A DNA stretch of 64,000 nucleotides from Octopus sinensis (taxonomy: Eukaryota), in NCBI RefSeq assembly GCF_006345805.1, contig NC_043020.1, positions 24,552,001 to 24,616,000 of the forward strand, written 5' to 3'. The position numbers were made by a program, and so were the translations under genes. Below the pieces are notes generated by a model, which worked only from the letters and a program-made list of their open reading frames with translations, was not told the DNA's origin and did no database searches. Below are positions 1-12,303 of this stretch, one piece after another (position 1 is the first letter of the stretch; the number at the start of each line of letters is the position of its first letter).

Positions 1-467
1 TACAGCTGTTTAATAGATAGACATACATACAACACACACACGCACACATAAACACACACACACACATATGGACACACACAGCCTTTTATTTTTGTGTTTA
101 CTTTGGTGCTTAAAAAAAATATACATTTCGAAGTTTCTCGCCATTCTTTTTATTTCCTGCTTTATTTTTGTCTCTTTTGAATAATTTATTTTTGGTTCAG
201 CTGTTAGAATTTGGTTTGTGTCTCGCTTCAACTTGGTTTGTTTCAAGAGATGTTTGCAAGTTGACTTTAATTTTTAATTCGTTTCACACTTGTTCTTTAC
301 TGCTTCGACCTGAAAAACCTCAACTTGTCCTGCTAAATCATTCACAGACACCGAAAGACACACATATTGATGCACTCGGGAACTTGTACGTGATGGATGT
401 ATAGTTAGGTAGATAGATGTAGACACATATCTATACACATATATACATATGTTTGTGGGTGTGGGTG

Positions 468-517
<50 letters not shown>

Positions 518-587
518 TCCTCTTGTATATCTGTTTGTATATGTTTCATATATATATATACATATATATATATATTATATATTATAT

Positions 588-621
<34 letters not shown>

Positions 622-731
622 ATAAACATATACATATATACATATCCATATGACTGTATGTTAGGGAGTGTATGCGTGTGTGTGTATGTGAAGCTTTATT
701 GCTCACAATATATCTAACACTTTAATACTAG

Positions 732-793
<62 letters not shown>

Positions 794-1039
794 CATACAT
801 ATGTATACATATATATATTTACAAACACTCGCGCACACACACAAGTATATGCATACGTTTGGATACACACATGTATCAAAGTATGAGTATATCTATATAA
901 ATGTAAATGTATATTTATATGATTTGTATTTCATATATATATATATATATATATACGTACATACATACATATATATATATAGAGATATTTATACAGGTAT
1001 GTGAGTACACTACACACACACACACACACACACACAAAA

Positions 1040-1342
1040 TATTGTGCCTTCCACTATAACCTCGAACCGACCACAGTGTTGTGAGTGATTTATATAGACG
1101 GAAACATATCTGTACGTTCCTTTATGTCCGTGTTTGCCTCTCACATACATAATACACGCACTCACACACATACATATATAAATGTAACCGGTATTTATGT
1201 CCCCATGACTAGGCGGCTCGGCAAAACAGGCCAATAGAATAAGCACCAGGCTTTAAAAAAAGTATGTACTAGCTTTTGAGGCAGTGCTCCAACATTACCA
1301 CAATCTAATGACTGAAGCAATTCGAAGATAAACGATAAAAGA
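1040..1342 (+). mobile_element. SINE family A, degraded and 5'-truncated
   Basis: Homology to the family A body and tail. Confidence 0.65.
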
Positions 1343-1472
1343 TATTAACAAAATTCTTTCATGTCAGTGACCAGGTCACATTATGTGCGACGAATATTTT
1401 GACACAACATGAAGTAAACAGCTTTTATGAGTTTCTGAATGGCTTATATGTGTCTTTTTTCGCTACGATTAC

Positions 1473-1597
1473 TTTAGTTTCAATACACGGTGTCGGATCG
1501 AATCACTCATCAGCCAAATGCATTCCAGAATCATTTGTTTTTCCAAAATATATGGCAATGCTGCTTTTTCAAAATTTCTAAGTATATTTATTTTGTC
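1473..1597 (-). other. Weak candidate exon (125 nt, or the start of a terminal exon)
   Basis: Acceptor tttattctccttggcag| at 1599-1598 and possible donor aa|gtaatc. One open frame, DKINILRNFEKAALPYILEKQMILECIWLMSDSIRHRVLKL, which I do not recognise. Confidence 0.2.
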
Positions 1598-1694
1598 CTG
1601 CCAAGGAGAATAAATTTCAGAAAGCGGTCACTTAGTCCATGATCAATTCTTTGAATAAATATTTAGAACTTCAAATAGACACGCATTCACTTAC

Positions 1695-1708
1695 GTACAT
1701 TGAGGCAC
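1695..1708 (-). other. Candidate 14-nt microexon
   Basis: Minus strand reads gtctttctttttccag|gtgcctcaatgtac|GTAAGTga, with a consensus acceptor and donor. It lies about 160 nt downstream of the 1868-1931 candidate. Confidence 0.5.
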
Positions 1709-1867
1709 CTGGAAAAAGAAAGACCCCCCAAAACTAATAGAAGGTGGTCATTTCTGCAAAACATTTGATTAAACTTCGGTTAAAGTAGTATTAATCTTGG
1801 TCTAAAACACAATAGCAAACCCCCTCCTCACAAATTTTAATAAATACAAATTAAAAATAGTTCTTAC

Positions 1868-1931
1868 CCGGGGCCCTTGAACAAGATTTTGTCTATAAAG
1901 TTGTTGTAAAACAGTAAAAGCTGAAACTTAC
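1868..1931 (-). other. Candidate recursive splice site plus 64-nt RS-exon or short exon
   Basis: Minus strand reads atttttatttctcttttag|GTAAGTttcagctttt...caagggccccgg|GTAAGAac. AG at 1933-1932, second donor GT at 1867-1866. Confidence 0.55.
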
Positions 1932-2080
1932 CTAAAAGAGAAATAAAAATAACAGAATTTAAGAAAATATAGAAGAAATCAGAGATGAAAGATAATTATG
2001 GAACAGAAAACAATAATAGACATAGCAACCAAATATTTATTTAAAATATCAAAATAAGCGGAAAGGACAATCCAAAAATG

Positions 2081-2292
2081 AATTTCGAACCTGGGTTCTC
2101 ATTCCTAAGGTTTTTTTGATGTTGTTATTATTATTATTATTATTATTCAGATCACTGCTTGGAATCTTGGGGTTAGTAGCCCGCGCTCTTAACCTCTACG
2201 CCATATGCCCGTAAGCGTAGAGGTTAAGAGCGCGGGTTACTAACCCCAAGATTCCAAGTTCGATTTCAAGCAGTGATCTGTATAATAATAAT

Positions 2293-2365
<73 letters not shown>

Positions 2366-2598
2366 TAATAATGATAATAATATTACTAATAATAATGATA
2401 ATAATAACAGCAACAACAACAACATCGAAAAATACCTTAGGAATGAGAACCCAGGTCCGAAATTTCCCCCAAGACACATGACGACGGCTGGAGGGTATAC
2501 CAGCCGAAAAGTAGTGTTAACAACAAACAAGATGAGGACGAATATCCGTCAAATGTAAATAATGTACATAATTCCTCATCTCTTAGATATAGAACTGT
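2081..2598 (+). mobile_element. tRNA-headed, hammerhead-bearing non-autonomous retroelement with an inverted partial 5' copy
   Basis: 2215-2280 has Pol III A/B-box-like motifs (gtagaggttaagagcgc ... agttcgattt), followed by (AAT)n and the hammerhead motif. 2081-2201 is the reverse complement of 2215-2464 with a shorter microsatellite and no B-box segment. Confidence 0.6.
2474..2517 (+). ncRNA. Degenerate minimal hammerhead motif
   Basis: ACAC AUGACGA C GGCUGG AGGGUAUA CCAGCC GAAA A GUA GUGU. Stems I and II intact; C3 and C15.2 mutated to A. Confidence 0.5.
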
Positions 2599-2781
2599 AT
2601 TAACGAGAACAATATTTCCACCATCATCACAACCACCGCGTCTGTCACCATCACCCCCGGGGAGGGACTACTATAAGGTCAATAGCAGTGCAAGAAATAG
2701 CAGCTAAATATCACTGAAATCACTCCACTTAGAAAAGGAAGGAAATGACACATTACATAGTGTAGGCCTACTAAGAAGTAA

Positions 2782-3070
2782 AGGCACGTGGCTTAGTAGT
2801 TAGAATATTCGGTCCACGATCGTAAGGTCGTGAGTTCGATACCCGGTGTCGCTTTGTCCTTGAGCAAGAAACTTTATTTTATGTTGCTCCAGTCCATTCA
2901 GCTGGCAAAAATGAGAGCTGTACCCGTAATTCAGTGGGCCAGCCTTGTCACATTCCATGTGTCACACTAAATCTCCCCGAGAACTACGTTAAGGCTTAGC
3001 GTTTCTGTGGAGTATTCAGCCACTTGCCCGTTAATTTCACGTGCAGACTGTTGCCACCGACGGAGTGCTA
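2782..3070 (+). mobile_element. SINE family B (tRNA-derived)
   Basis: ggcacgtggcttagtagttag...gtgagttcgatacccgg...ccttgagcaaga...cggagtgc; homologous to 24715 and 30839. Confidence 0.8.
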
Positions 3071-4359
3071 GTTTCTTACTAAGAAGCAATAGATGGGATG
3101 GGCATGGCTGGTTGGCTTAATGGAATGTTTGATCAATATCTTTACCTAGGGCTAAAGACAACAACAACAACATCATCAAAAACAACATTAAGAAACCCAT
3201 GGAACTTCTGAAGTACTTCACGATTTCAACATTCTCTCATTAATCTCTCACAGAATTCTGTTTTTTTTTTCTTTTTTCAAATTAAAATAAAAAAATATAG
3301 TAAACAAACAAGAAACACAACAACAAAAATGCGAAAGTAAAAAGAATATCAAACCCTCCTCCCCCACCTCCTTTGCACCTCCACCACCACCCCGCCACCG
3401 CTGCCGTCACCACCACCACCGTATGTGGAAATAAAACAAGGACAACAAGAATAATCATAATAAATTTGATGCAAATTAATCACATGTGCACACACACACA
3501 CACACTCACTTACACATTCACACACACATTCACACACATACGCATTCACACACTCACTCACTCACTCACACATTCACACACACATTCACACACATACGCA
3601 TTCACACACAGGCCGGGACTATGCGAACGTGCTTCTGGGAATTTTCACAGGCAATTTGAGAAAGAGTCAGCTCCGGATTGGGCCGAGATTTCCTTTGATG
3701 TACTTCACGCCCTAACTTCTCTCTTTCTCTCTCACTTCTTCTCTCTCTTCCTCCCCCTCTTTCACTTTCATTCTATCTCTAATTATATTTCTCTCTCTCT
3801 CACTCTCTCACTCTCTCTCTCGCTTCCTTTTTCTCTTTCTCCAACCTTAAATTCATTCTTCATTTCTTTCTCAAGTAAAATCACTCCCCCACCATATTCC
3901 TCTATTTCTCGCTCAATTGCTCTAGTTATCACTCTCACCCTCTCCTCCTCTCCCTCACAAACTTTCTTTTCATCTCTCTCTCTCTCTCTCTCTCTCTTAC
4001 AGTCTCTCTTTAAAACTTTCTTTCTTGGTTTTCGTTCTTATAAATCCTTCATTCACTTCTCTCATTAAAACTTTCCTTCATAAATTTCTTCATTCCTCTA
4101 TCCAATTCCATTCTTCTCTGTCTTCATTCTTTTTCTCACCCCTTTGTTTTTCTTTCCTTCTTCCCACATTTCTTTACTCAGCTTTTTCCTTCATGAATCC
4201 ATTCTTCTTCGATCTCTTTCATTCATTGTTCTATCGTTCTAGCTTTCCATTGCTTTCCTCTCTCCTTTTCTTTCACCAGAGTTTAATCATTCTTTGAAAA
4301 AAATTCTCTTTAACTGAGAGTGCACGCGCATACTGAAGTGTGTGTGTGTGTGCATCCAC

Positions 4360-4401
<42 letters not shown>

Positions 4402-5021
4402 ATTTTTCTGGATATATGTGTATATGTATGCATAAGTGTTTGTATTTTTATGCTTGTAAACATGGGAATCTTTGCCTGTGTGTGTATGCATCTGTGCACG
4501 TGTGTGCACGCACTTGCGTATGTAAGTGCATGCACACGTGTATGCACATGTATAGATGTAGAGCCTATGGATCTATGTGCCTGTATGCACACGCACGTAT
4601 GTTGGAGATTTCACTCATATACACGCACACATATACATACATACGCACATATATATATATTATGCTTGGTTGTGCGCGCTTGAATTTGCGTGTGTACATG
4701 CATCAGCGATGTGTGTTTGTGTGTGTATGTATGTCTGTGTGTATGTATGTATGTATGTGTGTGCGCGCGTGTGCGTGTGTAACAATTTCCGGAGTGAAGG
4801 GCATGGCGTGGATAGAATGTGGACATGTGGAATGCTTCAAGTGGACATTGAGAGGAATAAAGAGAACAGCTTAAAAAGTGGGGTTTCCTTTATCATCATC
4901 ATCATCATTATTATTATTATCATCATTATAATTACTACTACTACTTTTTATACAATAAAAAATTTCATTGTCAATTGGTGTATTATTGTTATTATTATTG
5001 TTGTTGTTGTTATCATTATTA

Positions 5022-5052
<31 letters not shown>

Positions 5053-5458
5053 GTAATAAAAATTGTCATTGTTAACTGGTGATTGGAGTTTAAACGATAA
5101 GTTGGAGAGATAGAGGAGGTTAAAATTAAAGAGAGCGAGAGAGAGAGAGGGGGGAGGGTTAGAGGGAGAAAAAAAGGGCTCAATGCAGGGATAAGGAGTA
5201 ACGGGGATCAGAAGGGAAAAGGGAAACGAAGTAGAAAATGATGTTTGACTGGCTTCGAATGGACAAAGATGTTAGACCAGAAATAGTGTGCGCGCATATA
5301 TATATATGTATATATATATATAGTAGGGGGTCCTTCGGTAATGAACTTTGTAGCATTTCAAGCGAGTATTTGGCTAACAGAGTGCTTGGAAGGAGTACCG
5401 TCAACATTTCTTGTGTATCAACCAATTAAAAAAGCATAAACTGATTAATTAATAATAT

Positions 5459-5677
5459 TCTTTTCTATTCTAGTCACAAGGCCCGAAATTTGGGGGGGGG
5501 GAGGAGGCCAGGCACTTAGATCGACCGCAGTATGCAACTAGTATTTAATTTATCGACCCCGAAAGGATGAAAGGCAAAGTCGACCTCGGTGGAATTTCAA
5601 CTCAGAACGTAAAAACAGACGAAGTACCACTGAGCGTTTCGTCCGGCGTGCTAACGTTTCTGCCAGCACGCCGCCTT
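5459..5677 (-). mobile_element. SINE family C
   Basis: Reverse complement of ggcgagctggcagaa...ctgagttcaaattccgccgaggtcgactttgcctttcatcc...ccttgtg. Confidence 0.8.
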
Positions 5678-5787
5678 AGTTGATTAATAATTCTAAAGAC
5701 TGTAAATCCAAGGCGATTACAATTAGATGTTTGCCTTCGTTTGTATTCAGTTATTATTATTATTATTATCATAAAGAGTTGGAAAAT

Positions 5788-6195
5788 GTGGTGAGCTGGC
5801 AGAATCGTTAACACGCCGGGTGAAATTCTTAGCGTCTGTCGTTACATTCTGAGTTCAAATTCCGCCGATGTCGAGTTTGCCGACATCGGGGTCGATAAAT
5901 TAGGTACCAGCTGAGCACTGGGGTCGATGTAATCGACTTAATCCCTTTGTCTGTCCTTGTTTGTCTCCTCTATGTTTAGCCCCTTGTGGGCAATAAAGAA
6001 ATAAGAATCGTTAACACGCCGGGTGAAATTCTTAGCGTCTGTCGTTACATTCTGAGTTCAAATTCCGCTGATGTCCAGTTTCCCGTTCATCCTTTCGAGA
6101 TCGATAAATTAAGTACAAGTCAAGTATTGGGGGTCGATGTGATCGATTGTCACTCTCCCCACAAAAATCCAGGCCTTGTGTCTATAGTAGAAAAG

Positions 6196-6197
<2 letters not shown>
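5788..6197 (+). mobile_element. SINE family C composite with a 65-bp internal direct duplication
   Basis: 5801-5865 is identical to 6004-6068. Confidence 0.8.
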
Positions 6198-6246
<49 letters not shown>

Positions 6247-6630
6247 GTTATGTAAAGTGGCTGAATCGTTGACGTAGCGGACAAAATGCTTAAGTGCAAT
6301 TTCCGACTTTACCGTCTGGGTTCACATGCCATCAAACTCGACTTTATCTTTCCTCCGTTAGGGACCGATAAAATAAGTACAAGTTGAGTGCATGGGTCAA
6401 TGTAATCGACCAGCTTTTCCCTCCCTAACTGCTCCCACCTTTCATCTTATCTATGTTTATAATGATAGCATCGGTGATGTTTGATTGTTTTTGACTATAA
6501 TATACATCTAAGTACTTATTTATGCATTGAGTGATTCTGTTTACTGAAGGAACCTAATCAGTTCCGAAATACCATTCCTATTGCCTTTTTGTTATATGTA
6601 TATATAACAAAAGAGGAAATTGGTAAGTTG

Positions 6631-6851
6631 TTATTTATTCACCATTACACGTGTTTCATTTGCTGATAGGAGTTAGAAAGTTTTACACAATATATAGACA
6701 TGTAAGGCATTTTCTATGAGAAATCAAATAGTATTATTTAATACTTCCATCTGAAGAATTTCTAACAGAAAATTCCTTACATGTCTATATATCATGTAAA
6801 ACTTTCTAACTCCTATCAGCAAATGAAACACGTGGAATGGAGTATAAATAA
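6631..6851. repeat. Fold-back element (MITE-like)
   Basis: About 77-bp arms 6631-6707 and 6775-6851 with a few mismatches. Confidence 0.85.
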
Positions 6852-7038
6852 CACCGGAAAATCACCAATTTCCTGATTTGTTACGCAATAACTCTGCATA
6901 TAATATTTCCATAATTCTCAATTCTAATAAGCAGTTGCAACTGAGGCTACATACAGGAATTTAAAAATGGAATAAACAAATTTGCTTCAAGAGGAAACAG
7001 CTGAGGTTTATCCTACCTACCTACATACATGTGTGTGA

Positions 7039-7103
<65 letters not shown>

Positions 7104-7412
7104 AGGCGCAATGGCCCAGTTGTTAGGGCATGGTACTCGCGGTCGGAGGGTCGCGGTTTCGAGTCCTGGACCGGGCGTTGTGTGTGTTTATCGAACGAAA
7201 ACACCTAAAAGCTCCACGATGCTCCGGTAGAGTGGGGGGGGGGACACCTCTGTTGTACTCCTTCGCCCCAACTTTTCTTACTCTCTTTCTTCCTGTTTCT
7301 TGAGTAACGCTATGATAGACTGGCGTCCCATCCAGCTGGGGGGAACACATACGCCATAGAAACCGGGAAACCGGGCCCATGAGCCTGGCTAGGCTTGAAA
7401 AGGGCGCATAGA
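7104..7412 (+). mobile_element. tRNA-derived SINE with a family B-related head and a distinct body
   Basis: ggaggcgcaatggcccagttgttaggg...ggtttcgagtcc...ctggcgtcccatccag...gaaaccggg; related copy at 26437. Confidence 0.7.
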
Positions 7413-7890
7413 TAAGATATATATATATATGCGTGTGTGTGTATTTTAAATTAGGAAAAAGGAAAACAAAACCAAGAAATAGTTAATTAAAACACATTTT
7501 ATAATAATAAAAAAAAACACTTAAACGGTCATATACAAACGCATACAATAACCCAGAAACAGACATAAATACGTTTATCTGTCTGTTTGTCTGTTTTTCT
7601 GTCTATCTATATATCTATTGATCTATCAGTCTGTGCGTCTCTATATATCTAAACAGGTATATAGGTAAAATGGAAAATGTTACATAAAAGATTAAAGAGA
7701 AAAAAAAAAACATAAATACATAAAAATAAAAAAGAGAAAATGTTAAAGATACAAAGGCGGTGATAGCACCTACATACTAAAATATCGATATCTCGATTGG
7801 TAACCATAAAAGAGACGCACAACCAATGTGTGTGGGTGGGTGTGCGTGTGTGTGTGATTGAATTCTAGCACTTAATGTTTCCCTGTCCAA

Positions 7891-8225
<335 letters not shown>

Positions 8226-8737
8226 ACACACGATATATCTTTCTGTATCTGAATATTCTCGTTTATTTATACCGAAAACATTCACATCGAAGAAAATACC
8301 ATAACTTTAAAATGCCTTTTAGTTTAAAAATGCCTCCAGCAAAACAGAAAAAGAGTATGAAAAAGAAGGAAAAAAAAAGAAAAATGAAAAATTATTGCCG
8401 TTTACGGAATTGAAAAAGCTGAAAATGTATAAAAAGAGATTCCAGGTTTAAGAGGAACGCATTAAACGAGTATTGTACAAAGATAGAGAGTTAGATAATC
8501 GAAAATATAAGCAGTATATAAAAAGAAGAAGAAAAAACATATATTCAATTTACCGCAAAGTTACTAATGTCTGTCTACTACCGCGTTCCAATACTATAGG
8601 TTAAAATGAAGCTTAAGATATCGTTAAATAACTTTATATGGTGGTGTAAGTAACATTACAGCGATGATACATATCGAGAAGACTCGTTAAATATTATTGA
8701 ACTGTGAAATAGTTGAGAACTGTGAGTACACACACAA

Positions 8738-8814
<77 letters not shown>

Positions 8815-9568
8815 TATGTATATATATATATATGGTGTTTGAAGTTATTTTCATTCAATTTTTCTTGAAGAAATCGGTTAATCGAACGAAAGCGCTAATA
8901 AAGAATTATCCAAAATTCTGACTGCCTTCTTTTTCTTTATAGCCGTTACTCGCGAGCGAGTAGTATTTGTGAACATGTACTAGATGTGTTATGCTTACGC
9001 TAACTGTTTTTTGTGTCCGAGCAGTCAAAGACACCCTCTTGGTACTACCATCTATACTCCCGGTACCAACAGCATGTAGTCGCAGGGAGGAGTGTAGGTA
9101 CCAGCAATAAAGAGCTGATTCTCGTGTTTTAGTTTACTAGAGCAGATCACCGTGGAATGGAGACCTTTGCTTAGAAGATAACGCGCTCTCCTGTCCCCAA
9201 TGCGAACTTAAAACCTATATAATCGTGATCCGGGAACCTTGACCAGTAAGCTTATATTATGTATAAATCCTCGCTTAACTCTTTGCCTGTCCTGTATTCT
9301 GTATCACACGTTATACACAAGACATATTTCCCTTGGGGCCCATGCACCGTATGAGGCATTCCCATTTGTTTTGTTTTTTTGTAATCGCTAGAGTAACTTG
9401 TGCCTTATGAAAGGAAAGTTTTATGTAACTCGTGAAATACGACTAAAGGTCTGAAAACGAGCGAGGACGTTTTGGACAAACTCCTGAAAATACTTCGGAT
9501 AGGCATAGGATTAATGTCACAAATATCCTCCATTATAAAGGCATTTTGTGTAACAAAATTCACCAATA

Positions 9569-9991
9569 TCTATTTCGTTATTGCCCATATGGGGGGGGGG
9601 GACTAAATATAGAAGGGACAAACTAGGACAAAGGAATTAAGTCGATTATATCGACCCCAGTGCCTAACTGGTACTAATTTAATCGACACCGAAAGGATGA
9701 AAGGCTAAATCGACGTCGGCGGAATTTGAACTCAGAACGTAACGGTAGACGAAATACCTATTTCTTTACTACCCACAAGGGGCTAAACACAGAGGGAACA
9801 AACAAAGACAGACAAAGGGATTAAGTCCATTACATCGACCCCAGTGCGTAACTGGTACTTATTTAATCGAGCCGAAAGGATGAAAGGCAAAGTCGACCTC
9901 GGCGGAATTTGAACTCAGAACGTAGCGGCAAACGAAATACCGCTAAGCATTTCGCCCGGCATGCTTAACGATTCTGCCAGCTCGCCGCCTT
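9569..9991 (-). mobile_element. SINE family C tandem dimer with a 14-bp TSD
   Basis: aaaattcaccaata at 9555-9568 and 9992-10005; two body+tail units. Confidence 0.8.
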
Positions 9992-10959
9992 AAAATTCAC
10001 CAATACTATTGCCTTAAAATTCACCAATACCATTCGGAAACTGTCTCTAACAGAACTGGTTAACCTTTCGCTGCTCTTATGTTATATTATTCGGCAAACA
10101 GGGCATTTCCTTGGCGTTCATACATCATATATGATACACATTGCCATTTTTTTTCAACCGTTATAGTAACTTTGGACTTAACGGAAAAGCTTTATGCAAT
10201 TGAAAACATTGAAGCAAGGGTAACTAAAAGTCTAAAACAAGGAAGGACGTTTAAGACTAACTTATGAAAATGCTTTAAACAGGAAAAGAGTTAAACCGTT
10301 ATCAAGTGAGAAGAAACCAAATAGCGCCAATGGAGACTAGAAGCATCGTAAACATATACAGTAAGATCCGATTATAGCTTGAAAAGATATAACTTTGTAG
10401 AGCTATGAACTAAGCATCATTAGACAACGAGAGACATTAAACAACGCCACTACAGATCCATTGACTACGAACTAATTATTGCAGTATCGTAATAAATGTT
10501 ACATAATTGTTGAATAAACGAGTTAAGCCTGTTAAGCGATACAAGTCACTACCATTATCCTAAGTTTAAGCTGGTTACACTGCTGTTATTTCAAATGGAT
10601 TCCTGGCGCTATGGAACCGTCATTATTGGTTTAAGAGCAGAAGGGAAGATATAGTCAGGGTACAACATATCCAAAGCCATTCAGCTCTCTTTGGAACACA
10701 TTAGCCCCAATAAAAGAATTTGGTCGATTATCATAATTACAATATCTTTGATATTGCGAAGGCGCATAACCTAGTGGTTAGTGTGTTGCCCTCGTGATCA
10801 CAAGATTGTGGTTTCGATTCTCTGACCGGGTGGCGTGAAGTGTTCTAGGGAACAGCACTTCATTTCATGCTGCCCACTTAGTCATCGAAGGAAGGGGTAT
10901 CAATGCAAGAAGGCGCATTGTGATCAGCGGTATTTAATAGCTACTGACAGTGTGGTCGA

Positions 10960-11700
10960 TACGGTCATCAACGGTGATATAACGGCTTAGATTTACTAAA
11001 TTTCGATCTGAAGTGAGTTTATGTCATTGCCGTTGAAACGCTAAAGCTGGGATATACTTTGTTGATTATAAACCTATGAAGCAGTCGAATTCATTTAATT
11101 CTATAAGAAGGTTATGAACATCAAAAGGGAGTATGTTATCTTCGGAACATTTCCACGGCCACATCCAGGTGAAAGTAGTCAACCGATAAGATTTCTTAAA
11201 TTGACTTCAATTCCGAGAGAACTTCTCAACTTTAACGGTGGGACTTGGAAACAGTTTGCAAGTATCAGAGTCATGTGTCAAAAATTCCACATACTGAAAT
11301 GCAAGTAGGTTTCAAGGGTCATCAGAAGAGAATGCGCACCGCTTCGAGGCCATCTTCTCAATGGCTTTTACAACACATCATAAACCTGTAACAAATAGGA
11401 TATCAACCTGCAGTTCAAAGCTAGGTTGTGCAAAGACCTTATTTCTTCAATCGGAACCTGTACCTTGGCGAAGTGAGACCTAATAAAATCGATAGATACA
11501 CGTAAGTCACATGTTTTTCAAACGCGGTGTTTATCGCTAATGGAAAAGGTATCACCGGAAGGCGAACCCAGAAATACTTCCGAACGATCAGTTCTTCAGG
11601 TAGAACACATTTGTGCAAATGTCTTTTACTTCGAATCGACTTTAGGACTCGTGGATAGAACTGGGTTGGGAGGAAACGTCGGGAGGATTGTATCTGTAAG
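10960..11700 (-). mobile_element. Possible heavily degraded Ty3/Gypsy integrase remnant
   Basis: Ordered motifs across frames: AIEK, RILF*, SDTC, WPWK, FDVHNLLI. They are compared with GIEK..RARDILFWP..CDTC..PW..FDGKNYL. Weak. Confidence 0.3.
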
Positions 11701-11972
11701 TCAAAGGACCAGCGAGATCACATTTATTATGACATGCTAATTCTGTTTGGGAATTACATAATGGACACAAGTGCCTTTGGAATACTCGGCCATTTTGTAG
11801 CCTAATTCAATGAATCGGTTGTTCAGTTGGCTAAATACTTGAATATGTGTGTTTATGCAATTATGAATGTGTATGTGTGAGTGCATGCGTGTGTGTATGT
11901 ATGTATGTATGTATGTATGTATGTATGTATGTATGTATGTATGTATGTATGTATATATGTATGTATATTCAC

Positions 11973-12003
<31 letters not shown>

Positions 12004-12258
12004 GACGTATATATATACATACTGGTTGTCAGACCAAAAGACACACACACACACGCACACGTGATGTAATTCTCAGTACGGAATCAAAAGCATTTTGCAA
12101 TTGTCGTCAACAGAGTTTGACTGACAAATCCATTTGAAATTCGCATTGGAAGCGGGGGGGGAGTGGTTGAGTAGGTTAGAATATGTCTGAGAAATAGATT
12201 ATTTCGTTTCTACGATCGGCAGTGTAAATATACATACATAAATATGCGTCTGTACGTA

Positions 12259-12303
<45 letters not shown>

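Noticed and set aside
2215-2280. tRNA gene
   Set aside because: No complete cloverleaf or acceptor stem; it is a SINE head. The same applies to the family A, B and C heads.
6544-6575. Hammerhead-like CUGAA-GGAAC...GUUCC-GAAA
   Set aside because: G8 and A9 are missing and there is no stem I or cleavage triplet; at best a decayed motif.
8987-9555. Solo LTR (TGTTA...TAACA)
   Set aside because: No matching TSD, AATAAA precedes the TATA-like motifs, and there is no second copy in the window.
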